NCBI GenBank assembly: GCA_026026165.1
Contig: JAPEUD010000020.1
Coordinates: forward strand, 1-64,000
Origin: Sarea resinae
Lineage: Eukaryota
DNA length: 64,000 nucleotides
Direction of reading: 5' to 3'
Both the position numbers and the translations under genes were made by a program. This document shows, piece by piece, positions 26,768-37,139 of the stretch. Positions within the stretch are counted from its first letter, which is position 1. Every line of letters begins with the position of its first letter. The notes beneath the pieces were generated by a model, which did not search any database, had not been told where the DNA came from, and saw only the letters and a list, made by a program, of their open reading frames with translations.

Positions 26768-27041
26768 CATATGCAGTAAGCATAGACTAAATATTATCCC
26801 GGCTCTTCTCTTGACGGTGAATCAATACTAGTCCCAAGCAAGATCTTCCACGTCTCTCGTGGGTCTGCGCGTTCTCCTTTCACCACTGGTCTTTTCCACT
26901 CCTTCTCTCGATCCAGTATCATGCCTTGACCATTCAGTCTCTGGTGACTCTGTATCTTCCCAATTACCTGCCACATCTCACACCCTTTCCTTGTCCTCAC
27001 GTGAATACCGTTCACTCACCGACACGTCTTTCCCTTTGCCA

Positions 27042-27260
27042 AATTGAACTCTTCTCACCTCTCTTCTCTTCTCTTCGCCTGCCGCTTTACGCAGTGCGTA
27101 TACATCACATTTTCTCTCTTCAACTTACCGACCCTTCTTTCCAATCCTTACCAATATGAACTCTGTTCGCCTCTTTTCTCTACCCTGCGCCAGCTGAGTT
27201 ACGCAGTGCCGAGACACTACACCCTCAAACTTCAACCCTCATCATTACTTTCTTTACCAG
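27042..27260 (+). repeat. ~110-bp imperfect tandem duplication in the pyrimidine-rich leader of helicase piece C
   Basis: TGAACTCT...CTCT...CGCC...TTACGCAGTGC...CTTCAAC...CTTTC occurs at about 27044 and about 27156. Confidence 0.65.
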
Positions 27261-27464
27261 CTCTTCTCACTCTGACGATCATCTACCCTTTGATCCTCTT
27301 CCTTGGTCGCCGTTGTCTTCCTTACTCCAACCCTCAGTACCAGCTCTGTTCTTGCCTGGTAAGCTACATCATCTTTCTCCTCCTCATGCTCTGACTCTTT
27401 CATCACTTATCCTCTGACCTCTTTCATCTAGCTTGTCCCACCTTCCATATCGGATCCTCTCACA

Positions 27465-28303
27465 ATGGATCGACCTCAACCCGATGACGATGAGCCTGCG
27501 CGTGTCGAACCTTTCGTCGAGAGCCCTGCCCTGCAGGTCCCGTCCTCTGACGAGATCCCAAGCGATCAGAACTTTTCGGTCCCAGCCGTGATTCATTGCC
27601 AGGATGGTCCGCCTCACCACCCTCTCTTCCTGGGAAAGTTCAAGGGTGTCGAACCCGGCATAAAACTTCGGTTGGCCTTCAACAACCATCCCCTTCACCT
27701 CTCGAACGTCGAGATCCGAGTCAACATTCGCTATTGCTCATCCTCTTCTATCTCCCAGGTTCCCCAGAAAGTCATCGAAGATCAGGCCGCTGTTCGCTAC
27801 ACCAGCGACCAGATCGAGGCGATTGAGATCTGTCGTGTTGCTCTTGAACCTTCCGACACCACTTGTCTTCCACCCGCCGAGCTCGCTGCGGTCGACGCCG
27901 AGCTCGACCACCATCTGCGACAAAACCTAATCTATCGATGTCAGGTCCGACTCCGTGCTGGTGCCGCCGTGAGGTACGCTTACAATCTCTTCAACTCCAC
28001 CCAGTACGGTGACCAGACCGCCTCCGTCCAGGCCGTCCGCGAGCATCTTCGCGCCGCCGCATCCGTGCTCACGCTGTACGTGAAGGGTGACATCAAGGTC
28101 CCTCAACATGCCGCCGCCCTCTCCGCCCGACTGGACGCCGAACACACCGCGCCACCCCTCTATGGTTGGTTCCGCACCCATCGTACACGCATTTTCCAGC
28201 AGGTCGGCGACTCCGAGCATCTCCCTCGTTCCAGCCGTCCGCGCATTCTCCCCCGCCAAGTTCCTTCTCCGCCATCGACGAGTACGTCGTGGTGAGGGGC
28301 TAC
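27465..28303 (+). pseudogene. Piece C: N-terminal region of a second helicase-family gene, truncated
   Basis: 276-aa ORF with weak similarity to the copy A N-terminus (LFLGKFKG..SNVEIRVNI vs IDLGSFQS..SNISLNIAV). After a frameshift in a C-run it reads FSAIDEYVVVRGY, aligning with FVSDRECFFPIGL of A. A 5'-leader intron candidate (GTAAGC...CTGAC...TAG) lies at about 27359-27430. Confidence 0.6.
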
Positions 28304-29544
28304 TACTGTCACGGACGAGGCAGATCGAAGGGATATTTGTTAGCATGAGTTTGGGGGGTCATGGACCTGGCATGCGGGGTTTCTTCGAAGGATTTTTTTT
28401 CCCTGTTTGTCTTCCTTTACTTCACTTCATCGGGGCAGAGCAATTCCCAGCGTATCTCATCATCAATGCTATCTATAATATGAGAAACACTGTTCGCATA
28501 CGCATGCCAAGTGACTCTGACAGCATACCTTACACGGCTTGATAGAGCGCATCTATAGCCTGATTAGCCCTATCAATCAACCTAGCGCTAATAAAGCTAG
28601 CGCGACATAGGTTTTAGCCTGCGCTAACCTTAGGGCCCTTCTGTAAGAATCTTATCCTTACACTCTAAGCTATGTAGGCCCTAGGCCTACAGGCTCTGTA
28701 GGCTCTGTGAGATTATCATTATCATTATTAACGCAGGCTAGGCAGTCAAAATTTAGACTGCCCTACTGAAGGAGGCGTAGCATAGTCGAATTTTGCACCT
28801 AGGGGTTAAGCATCTAGTATGCACCATAAATATGTGCAAGTCTGTTAGTAATTACTATATATAGCTATATAGGGCTTGACATGGCATGTCTTTACATTTT
28901 CACTATACGTTTCAGTTGAGAGCTGGTTTCATTTTGTAGCATTGTATTATTCAGTGTAAGGTTTAGTAAATAGGCAAAAACTGTTCCTATGTGCGCCAAA
29001 AAGACTACTATAACCCGGTTCGTCCGGGTCATGCCTATTTGCCTACTATATAACAGCGTCCCGCACAAAACCAGACGTGCTGTCATCGTGAGCGAGCGAT
29101 CATTTAAGGGTCAGATATGTAGAGATAGCGCTCTGTCGCAGACGTTTCGCTACTTTCGACTGATAGATCTCTAGTGAATAACGTCAGAGAGCCCGATATA
29201 CCAATACTGCATGATGTATATGTAACAGCATCAGTCAAAGACAAAAAAAGAAGAAGGGATAAAAATAATAGTAGTCAAGCAGAGCAAAGACCACTAGCAA
29301 TTAAAAGTGAATAGAGACTGGAACCAGATACAAAAACATAAAATCCGCGAGCAACAAATTCACATAGATAGACCCTCCCGCAATAATTGAAACAAGGCAA
29401 ACATAGCTTGATAGCTTGTTCATAACCTTGGTCTTTCTAGAAGGTTACTTCGCAAATGCTCGGCGAATTTATCGGTCTCTTGCACCTGTTTGCGGATGCA
29501 AGGTGGACCACTACCGGTCGTTGAAGGGAAAGGAACGCAAAATG

Positions 29545-30110
29545 GGCTCGAATTTGCGTCGATGGTGTCATACATGTCAACGGGCGGCAGGGCATCTGGC
29601 ATATTTCCAGAAAAGATATTCCATTGGGTGTCGGCATTCTGATCATCCTGCAGGAGACGAAGCAAATTGATGGAACGAGGGAAGGCCTTGTCCGAACAGA
29701 TCGGAAGAAGCTTGACCGGGGCGCGAGCGACCTGGACGAGGGCATCGCGAGTGGCGGAGAAGGAGCGGATGGCGCCACAGGCGACGATGTGGAGGAGAAG
29801 GTCCGACTGCTTCCACGTCATGGTGGCGGCATTTCAGGGACAAGGGCTAAAGTGAGATAAAGAGGCGGGTGAGAGGGAGCGGTTCCACGACGACGGCAGA
29901 CCAATCACCTTCCCGATCGTTGATCTCGGGTCGGGAGTTGACCACGAAACAATTCCCGGCTTGAGCAGCCAGGGAGGGATCCTTCAATGAGACGAAGGCC
30001 ACATAACGATGATCGTCGGCTCCAGGGATGCTCATGAGGGTGGCCAAACGGACAGGATCGATGTTCTGCGCCGCCGCCGCAGAGACGGACCGTTGCTCCT
30101 GGATGAGCAC
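29545..30110 (-). pseudogene. Piece D2: middle (pre-helicase) region of the helicase-family gene
   Basis: VLIQEQ..AQNIDPVRL..RYVAFVSL..GDWSAVVVEP aligns with ALIQDE..AHNIESRL..LYYGTLRL..GSWLAQVIEA of A. DKAFPRSINLLRLL..LPPVDMYDTID aligns with DKTQKSYLNALEIL..LPKVDIFKHID. Confidence 0.7.
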
Positions 30111-30720
30111 GAGCGAAAATGGAGGAGAATCTAAACTCCTGTCATCTGCAAAATGATCTGCTATTTGTCCCTAGTAAACGGCCTTCCAAGGGCAAGTCCT
30201 CTCTATATCTCCCACCATGGAGCCGCTGAAGCCTCCGCGCCTCCGCTCTTAGCCATATTGGGCTCGGCTACTGATTTCTCGTAATGCAAGATTTTTAGCA
30301 TTACCGCCTATGCATAATAGCAGAGGGTATAGTCAGGGTTGACATCCGCTGCCGTACTGCTTTGCTGGGCCTTTAGAGACGTCGTTGTTCCACGCAGTGG
30401 TATTGTTCTGGTGCGCCGTCAGTTAAAACTTCATTTGACAAATTCATGGTGGGGAAGATGGCGTGCATACTCTTCCAGCCTCGGCATCTATACACGCGTC
30501 CTCCATCGCACTTGCTACAAAAGAGAGCACCAGCACCTCTGAAATGTTCGTCACAAGTCGGCTTTGCTTTCATGTGTGAGATGAGCTTTTTTATGTGCTG
30601 GGCGAGTTAGGCGTTTGCTCCCCTGCATGCCTTTGATTTTACCGATGTAACAACCGTATCGAGCGCAAGAGAGTCCGAAGTTCAGCCTTGACCTTTCATT
30701 CATATAGCCGATATTCCTGG

Positions 30721-32170
30721 TCACGACCAGGTCCAGAAAGCAGACCGCATGCTCAAGGCCTTGGAAGCCATCGATCTTGCGGACAACGCAATCAGACTAG
30801 TCAATCCTAGGTTGTTCGACTTGGAGGTTGGCGAATGCAGCTCGGTACAGAAGGAAATGGTCTTAGTATGGAATTGAAAGAGTATGTCTGCAGGCACCAC
30901 GACCTTAGCGGTTATCAGGCGAGTGACTAGTGCCAGGACGTATAACATGTTCTGCACTTTCTTGGTCGACTTCGTTAGAGAGGATCGGATGGCCTGCCCT
31001 GACAGGATGTCGAGGAAGACCAGAGCCGAGTTGATGCCAGAGTTGCTCTGGTTGTAGTCGGAGAGAGCTGCAGTGAGTGAATTCGGATTGGTCGTGTTAG
31101 ACGCATGCTGCAGTTGTCCATCGTACAAGACGTGGGAAACCCATGCGCCAAGGGCATGAAACATGCGGTGCTGAACATCGAAGATGAGTCTGCAGAAGTG
31201 AAGGCAGGCCAGGAGGGACATGCGGAGATTAGCTACAAAGGCATTGCTCTGGAACCGGGCCAGGGCCAGGGGATGCAGTTGCTTTTGGTCTCCTACGAGG
31301 AGGAAGACCGGAGAACATACTCTGCGATGAACATTCGACATTTCGTGCTCAGCACCCTTGCAAACCTCGTCCACAACGATAGCATCAAAACGGTTCTCGG
31401 CTCGAAGAAATGCATTGCCCTCATTGGAACACGTAGTAAATATGATATCCGCGAGGCTCAGAACGTGGTTCCAGAGACGTTTAGTCTGGACCCGGAAGGC
31501 TTGGAGCCCCTCTGAGTCCATGTCCCCCTCGCGATACTGGTGGAAACAACTACGAAACTCGGCCCATTCGGACGGGGATTCGTTCATGGGAGGCTGAATG
31601 CCGGCGACCTGGAGCATCCAGGTGCCGAGGTAGAGGCGAAGGATGCGCAAACGCTTGTCCGAGATACCCGACTCGGTCTTGGTGGTTTGGTCGTGCATGG
31701 TAAGCACCGCGTGCGTGCCATCATCTCGTCGACGGCGGCGAGCTCGTCCGGGGAGTCCTTGGGTAAGAACCCAAGGCAACGTCAGAAGCGATCGGTAGGG
31801 GAGAGAAGAGAAAGAAGAGAAACCAGAGTTTGGGGCCAACCAATGTGGGGGGGTTGGATGATGGCTGGCCGGCGGTTGGGAACCGGGGAACGGGCATTCA
31901 TCGCCGGGGCTCAGGTGACAGCATCTTCTTTAGAGAGGGAGTGAAGACGAATCACGACGAGACTGCGCGTGACGGACGGGCACACCTTGGTGAGCTTGTC
32001 CAAGGTGAGCGCGGTGTCCGAAAGGGCATCGTTCACAGGAGCGGTCACAAGGATCTCATGAGGCAGATGCGTGCGGCGGTGAGGATGGGCGACAAGTGAA
32101 ATCAGGGCACGGATGAGCCAAAAGGTTTTGCCAGTGCCATTGGGCCCTTGGAAGACACCCCAGCCGCCGG
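30721..32170 (-). pseudogene. Piece D: Upf1-like helicase core, frameshifted and C-terminally truncated
   Basis: Walker A GWGVFQGPNGTGKT at about 32125-32165, in a frame not shown in the ORF track. Also ILVTAPVNDAL, DKRLRIL (cf. A DKRLKLL), LADIIFTTCS, IVVDEVCK, LVGDQKQLHP, DVQHRMF and KIDGFQGLE. Confidence 0.88.
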
Positions 32171-32192
32171 GGGGGGATCGAATTCATCCCTC

Positions 32193-32570
32193 TAAGCGGA
32201 TCACCTTGTACGTCGGATAAGTATGACTTGAGCATGGCGGAGCCTCTGTCTCTGAACCAAGATTGACGGTGCTTCTTCACAAAAGTGCTTGATCGTATAA
32301 TGATGATCAGGACATCAACGGACTGCCCATCTATGTTAGAGATGTTTTTTTTCGACCACCTCTGCGGGCTAAAATCCAGCAATGTAGAGCTATGTTGCCA
32401 AGTCTCCGAGCTTGACTCGACAGGTAGAGAGAAGTCTCCCGGGATTTCTTTGCTTTCGTCATGTGTAATAACTGCGATGATGTTCGCTTGGCTGAAAATA
32501 AAATGGCGACTACAGAGAAGGGCTTCCAATGAGTAGCGATGGGAGCAGTATGAGGGACCTTCCTTTGATT
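32193..32570 (-). repeat. Copy 1 of a diverged coding-like repeat (copy 2 at about 34787-35295)
   Basis: DNA similarity such as GCGGATCACCTTGTAC / GCGGATCCCCTTGTAC, GAGCCTCTGTCT and TTTCTTTGCTTTCGTCA. Conserved minus-strand frame DVLIIIIRSSTFVKKHRQSWFRDRGSAMLKSYL vs DVLIVIVRLSSFVNKPRQSWY*DRGSAVLKSYL. Confidence 0.8.
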
Positions 32571-32699
32571 TCTTCGGAGGGACTGAAGATTGAGAACGGG
32601 ACCTTTTGAACCTTTTGGCAGGCTTGCTGGATTCGTCAATTTTGTTAGGTTTTGTCAAGGTCTCTGCGAGACAGTTGGCACGATCTGAAACACTGTGCT

Positions 32700-32920
32700 G
32701 GATCCTTTGACGCTATATAATAAGTCAAGTATGTCTTTTTGGTAGCACCAGGCTAGTCGCATTTGGATACCTGGCACTTGAAATTGCGTATGCCATAATG
32801 GACGTTGAGTTGCGGGATGATGCTAGAGCTGCAGTGATCGTGTAGGATGTGCAACATTAGCTCGGGTGCAGTTGATCGAGTCTCGGTGCAAATTGCACAA
32901 GTAACCTTGCCGTCTTTGAC
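32700..32920 (-). pseudogene. Decayed C2H2 zinc-finger coding remnant
   Basis: Minus strand CAIC-x12-H-x4-H (CAICTETRSTAPELMLHILHDH), followed in frame by CQVSKC-x12-Y with an internal TAG. Confidence 0.55.
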
Positions 32921-33535
32921 TATGAGAGGTCTCTCTCTCTCGGCGTAGGTCTTGGGCCATTCAAGCTCAATTTCAGTGGTTCTTTAGTTGGGGTGACTGG
33001 CTTAGAGCTAGGAAGTGGTATCTTGTTACGGCGTCTTGACCTTGCACGAGCTTCCTGAACATGAAGGCGTTGCGTGACTATAGTCAATTAATTCTGAGCC
33101 TTTGCTATAAGCGTTTATTCCTCGAGTAGTGCTAAGATGTGGTTGAGGTTCCTGTTGTGTTTGAGTGTCTCTCCTCTTTGTATTTTTCTAGCAGATCGAG
33201 ACAATCTCGTTGACTAAGGTAAGTAGTAGGCCCAAATAAGGTAGTTACGGTTAGTATAGGTAGCTACCTACCGTATATCTTCCACTGTATACTTCGTATT
33301 ATACTAAGGAAAGCGTGATCCTTGCTGCCCGGGTGAATAATCTAGTGAAGGAAGGAGCGTTCGCAGTGAATGATTCTTCTATAGTCACAGCTGATTCAAT
33401 CCGAGCGCCAGTCTGTTCTGCTTCTAGCGTACCCTGCAGTTCGACAAGATCTCAGAGGCCTTTGCTATTGTTATACAAGGGAACGCTGTTAGTGTCGTTC
33501 CTGAGAACTCGGAGCCATTCTTCATCTTCGTCGGT

Positions 33536-33790
33536 CTAAGACAGCGCGCGGACCTTTCTATTGTATTCCATGAGCGCACAGAAGCGACTGATAGAAGTGT
33601 TAGGGGCATTATCGTTCCAGAAATCCCAGTTGCCTACGACAAAACGAGCGTATTGGGCCCGGGAAAGAGCCACATTTACGCGGTTAGGTTGCCCTAAGAA
33701 TCCAACTTTGCTATTAGCTTTAGAGGTGCAGAATATCACGACAGGGCCATTGCCTTCGGATTTAGCTTCTCCCACCGAGTTCCGTCAGCA
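33536..33790 (-). pseudogene. Helicase fragment E (motif V-VI region)
   Basis: VVIFCTSKANSKVGFLGQPNRVNVALSRAQYARFVVGN is the canonical Upf1-like motif VI. Confidence 0.8.
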
Positions 33791-33911
33791 GGCAAAGTGG
33801 ATTCTGGGGTTTCGAGAGATCCGTCCAGTAGTCCATGAAGATCATTAGCCCATAGCTCGGGCCGTAAGCGGTTGAACCATCGTGTGTTATTGCTGGATCC
33901 GTTTAGCTTAG

Positions 33912-34590
33912 TCACATTGAGACTAGCCAGTGAGGCCTCCAGAGATTGGCCTTAGGATCTAGAACATATGCATCGCAACCGAAGACGCGAAGATGAGAGA
34001 GATCTGGTCTCTTCTTCATGAGAATTTCGTATGGAGTCAGCCGTTGCTGGGTGCCACTAGTCGGACTCCTATTGGTTAGATAAATTGCCGTATTGAGCGA
34101 CTCTAGCAAGAATGTCTTGCTCAGGCCTGTGTCTATAAGATGTGTCCTAGCTTTTCCAATTACTGTGCGATTAGCACGCTCAGCAATGCCGTTTTGTTCA
34201 GGTGTGTACGCCACGGTGGGCTCCCATTGGATGCCTTCGTCTGCTAAAAATAGCCTCATGCCTTCGTTATCAAATTCGCCACCTCCATCGCTGCGCAGTG
34301 CCTTAGGAGTGGTATGATATTGCGTCTTCATCTTATTGATGAAGTCCACGATGCAGTCAAACACGTCTGATTACTTCTTCAATGGATACATCCAGCGATA
34401 ACGAGAGAAATCGTCAGTCAGAAGTAGGTAATATCTATTACCAGAAGCGGTAATAGTATCCTCAGAAAGAGAGTCTCCTCCGCCTCCCACGTCTGCGTGT
34501 ATGCGGTCCAAAATGGCAGTAGTTGGAGTCATCTTCTTGCGAGACGTCACGATGCTGCTTACCTAGTACGCACGCCTCACAGAAGTCCTT
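33912..34590 (-). mobile_element. Ty1/copia LTR-retrotransposon integrase fragment
   Basis: FCEACVLGKQHR (pre-integrase Zn motif), IHADVGG, LLLTDDFSRYRW, LRSDGGGEF, YTPEQNGIAERANRT, AIYLTNRSP and PDLSHLRVFGCDAYV. It carries a stop and a frameshift; no RT, RNase H or LTRs are seen. Confidence 0.92.
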
Positions 34591-35028
34591 GGACCATGGC
34601 TGTATTCCCTGAGCTCTGTCAATGTTTCGGATATGTAAGTCTAGCAGAGAACAGAAGCCTTTCGTGGCCAGTTGTTGAATTTTCTCGGTTATCGCCTACA
34701 GTTCGACAAGATCTTAGAGTCCTTTGTTATTATCGATTGCTTGATCTGATGGTCGCTTGTTTCAGAGTAGGTCCTTTTAGACTCTCGGCGGATCCCCTTG
34801 TACATTGATTACCTAGGTAGGACTTAAGAACGGCTGAGCCTCTGTCTTAGTACCAAGATTGGCGGGGCTTGTTGACAAAAGAGCTTAATCGTACTATGAC
34901 GATAAGGACGTCAACTGACTGTCTATATATCTCCGGCTTGTTTTTTCAATAGCTTCAACATAAAATCCAGTAACGTAGAGGGATTCTCCCTGGTTTCCAA
35001 CCTTGACTCGGCAAGTAAAGAAAGGTCA

Positions 35029-35172
35029 CGCCGGCAACGACGAGGTCCAGAATGCACACCTTACGCTCCAATCCCTGGAAGCCGTCTATTATTTTATGGA
35101 GCGTCGGGCAGGTTCAGTCGCGACGTTCGGCCTCTAGATTGGCCAGGGTGGAACGGTAGAGAAGGTACTGAT
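35029..35172 (-). pseudogene. Helicase fragment F (motif V, D-subfamily) inserted in repeat copy 2
   Basis: QYLLYRSTLANLEAE..KIIDGFQGLERKVCILDLVV, compared with D: HFLLYRAAFANLQVE..KIDGFQGLEHAVCFLDLVV. Confidence 0.75.
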
Positions 35173-35419
35173 CCTGGGTTTCTTTGCTTTCGTCACCTGT
35201 CACAGCTGCGATAGTTTTAGCTCGACTGAAAAAGAGGTGACTACAGACAAGGGCTGCCAATGAACAAAGACAGGAGCAGTATAATACGCCTTCCTTCAAT
35301 TTCCTCAGAGGGTGGTTTGATGTCTCTGACTAAGCTCTTTTGAGACGAGCCAACTCGGGATTGTCAGTCGTCTATTGTGAAGGTTTGAAAGAGAATATAA
35401 AATTTGGTTAATAACTAGG

Positions 35420-36110
35420 CTGGGTAAAAGCCTGCAAAGATGGCGACTTCCGGTGAGGGTAGCCTCAGAGTCGCCGCTTGGCAGTCGTTGATAGGGGTGT
35501 TTTAGAAGAGAATGAGGTATCGAATTTGTTTTATAACCAGGCCAGGTAAAGGCCTGCAAAGATAGCGACTTCCAGTGAGGTTGCCTCAGAACCGCTGCTT
35601 CTCATAAGGTGGGGCCCATGGGCATTCAAGAGAGTAGTGTACCCAACAGATTCACTTGCTGTGAATCCGAGCTTCCCATCGCGGCCGTTGTGAATTAGGA
35701 TGACGTATCATTTTCGTCGCCTTGAAAATTGGCAATGGTCGTATGAGGCGGGCAATAGATGCCAGTTCTTCATCAAGCGCTGCGGTAGTCATCGCGCGCA
35801 GAGGGAAATTGCCTAAAATAAGAATAAAAATCCGGATCCTGAATGGCGGAGTCGTTGGCTATGAAAATAAAACCCGACTTTGCTCTTGAGAGAGCAGTGC
35901 ATATGACAGGTCTGCTGGCCATGAACACTAGCTGGCCATGAACCCTAGCTTTCCATCGCGGACGTTGTTGATGATTATGAAATCATTTTTATCGCCTCGA
36001 AATTTGGCAATGGTAGTGAAGTAGGTGAGTATTCTGCAGAAGATAATAATTTCTAATGAGGTCGCATCAAAATCGCCGCTTCTTATAAGGTGGGGACCAC
36101 AGAGATAAGA
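35420..36110 (-). pseudogene. Helicase fragments G (motif V-VI, A-subfamily; two overlapping copies)
   Basis: TTIAKFRGDKNDFIIINNVRDGKLGFMAS and RPVICTALSRAKSGFIFIANDSAI are close to A (TTIAKYQGEENEIIIINNVRDGKLGFMAQRPVLYTALSRAKSGIIFIANDSSI). A second copy HTTIANFQGDEND..GRDGKLGF lies at about 35660-35745. Confidence 0.82.
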
Positions 36111-37052
36111 TAGAATGAACAGACAACGAGGTTTGACAAGGCCTTCTATAAAGTGGTCAGGCATCGGTAGCTTCGAATGGATAATGCAGAAGACTTGGTA
36201 AGTAAGAAATATATATAATAAAAGAATGTATGAGTTGTGGCGGCGTAGAGTGCAACCAGACGAAGAAACACAGAGACTTTATAGAGTATGCAATGAAGTG
36301 TGAATGTCGCCGAATCACGACCGCACGTCCACGGTGAGTATATTCTTCACCATCAGAATATGACCATGATTATGAGCATTGGCCATTCTTTCAGAAAGGA
36401 GACCGCATGCTGCAGGCTAGAGCCTGCGACATTGGACTTAACCGCCTCATTCACAGCGCTCTAATTCCCGAATGCTGTGTCCACACGGCGGCCGCTCGAT
36501 CAGACAGCGCCATATTCGAACTTTCGAGTCATCAGTCGGGAACTTGCTTGCCATCTAGCCATGTTATCTGATGAGAAGGCCTGCTTTTCGAACAAAGTGT
36601 TGAACCTTATTCGTCTCAAATTCTGTCAGACCCATAAGATTGTACTGTATAAAAGAGATAGTCCTAGAGTGAATGGCATCATCAAACGAACACTACTTCT
36701 GACGATACTATATATGAGCTGATATAGGCAGTATCCAAGACCGTACGGATAGGAAGATCGATTGCAGTGAGTACCGTATCCATCGATCAGTTGACGCATC
36801 TCGGTCTTGAAGAAGTACGTAGATATGGTGGGAGCTGACTAAGCAAGCAAGAGACTATTTCACGCATGACTGCTACTACCTCCTACCTTCCCTAGATACT
36901 CTGAGTACTAACGTAGTACTCCGAGTAGGTGTGAGAATCGCAACAATCCTCACTATGAATGTACGAGTGAGTGAGCACTAGGTACGCTGGCGTTACTACT
37001 AGGAGCGTATGACTATTTAGCAAAAATACAGAAGAAGAGCAAAAAAAGAAAC

Positions 37053-37139
37053 TCTCGAAGACCGGATTCGAACCAGTGATCGCCCGGTGTGCTATGAATC
37101 TATTACAGCCGGGCGCCTTACCAACTTGGCCACTTCGAG
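37053..37139 (-). tRNA. tRNA-Tyr (GTA) with ~14-nt intron
   Basis: CTCGAAG-TGGCCAAGTTGGTAAGGC-GCCCGG-CTGTAA-[intron]-ACCGGGCGATC-ACTGGTTCGAATCCGGT-CTTCGAG-A. The acceptor stem pairs, A and B boxes are present, and a poly-T terminator follows. Confidence 0.95.

Noticed and set aside
28540..28990. Possible RIP-destroyed CCHC zinc knuckles on the minus strand
   Set aside because: The pattern appears only after assuming many reversions; not supportable by eye.
10500..36800. Starship or Helitron interpretation of the island
   Set aside because: I could not find a tyrosine-recombinase captain, an HUH Rep domain, Pif1-type motifs, terminal inverted repeats or a target-site duplication. A fully decayed one cannot be excluded.
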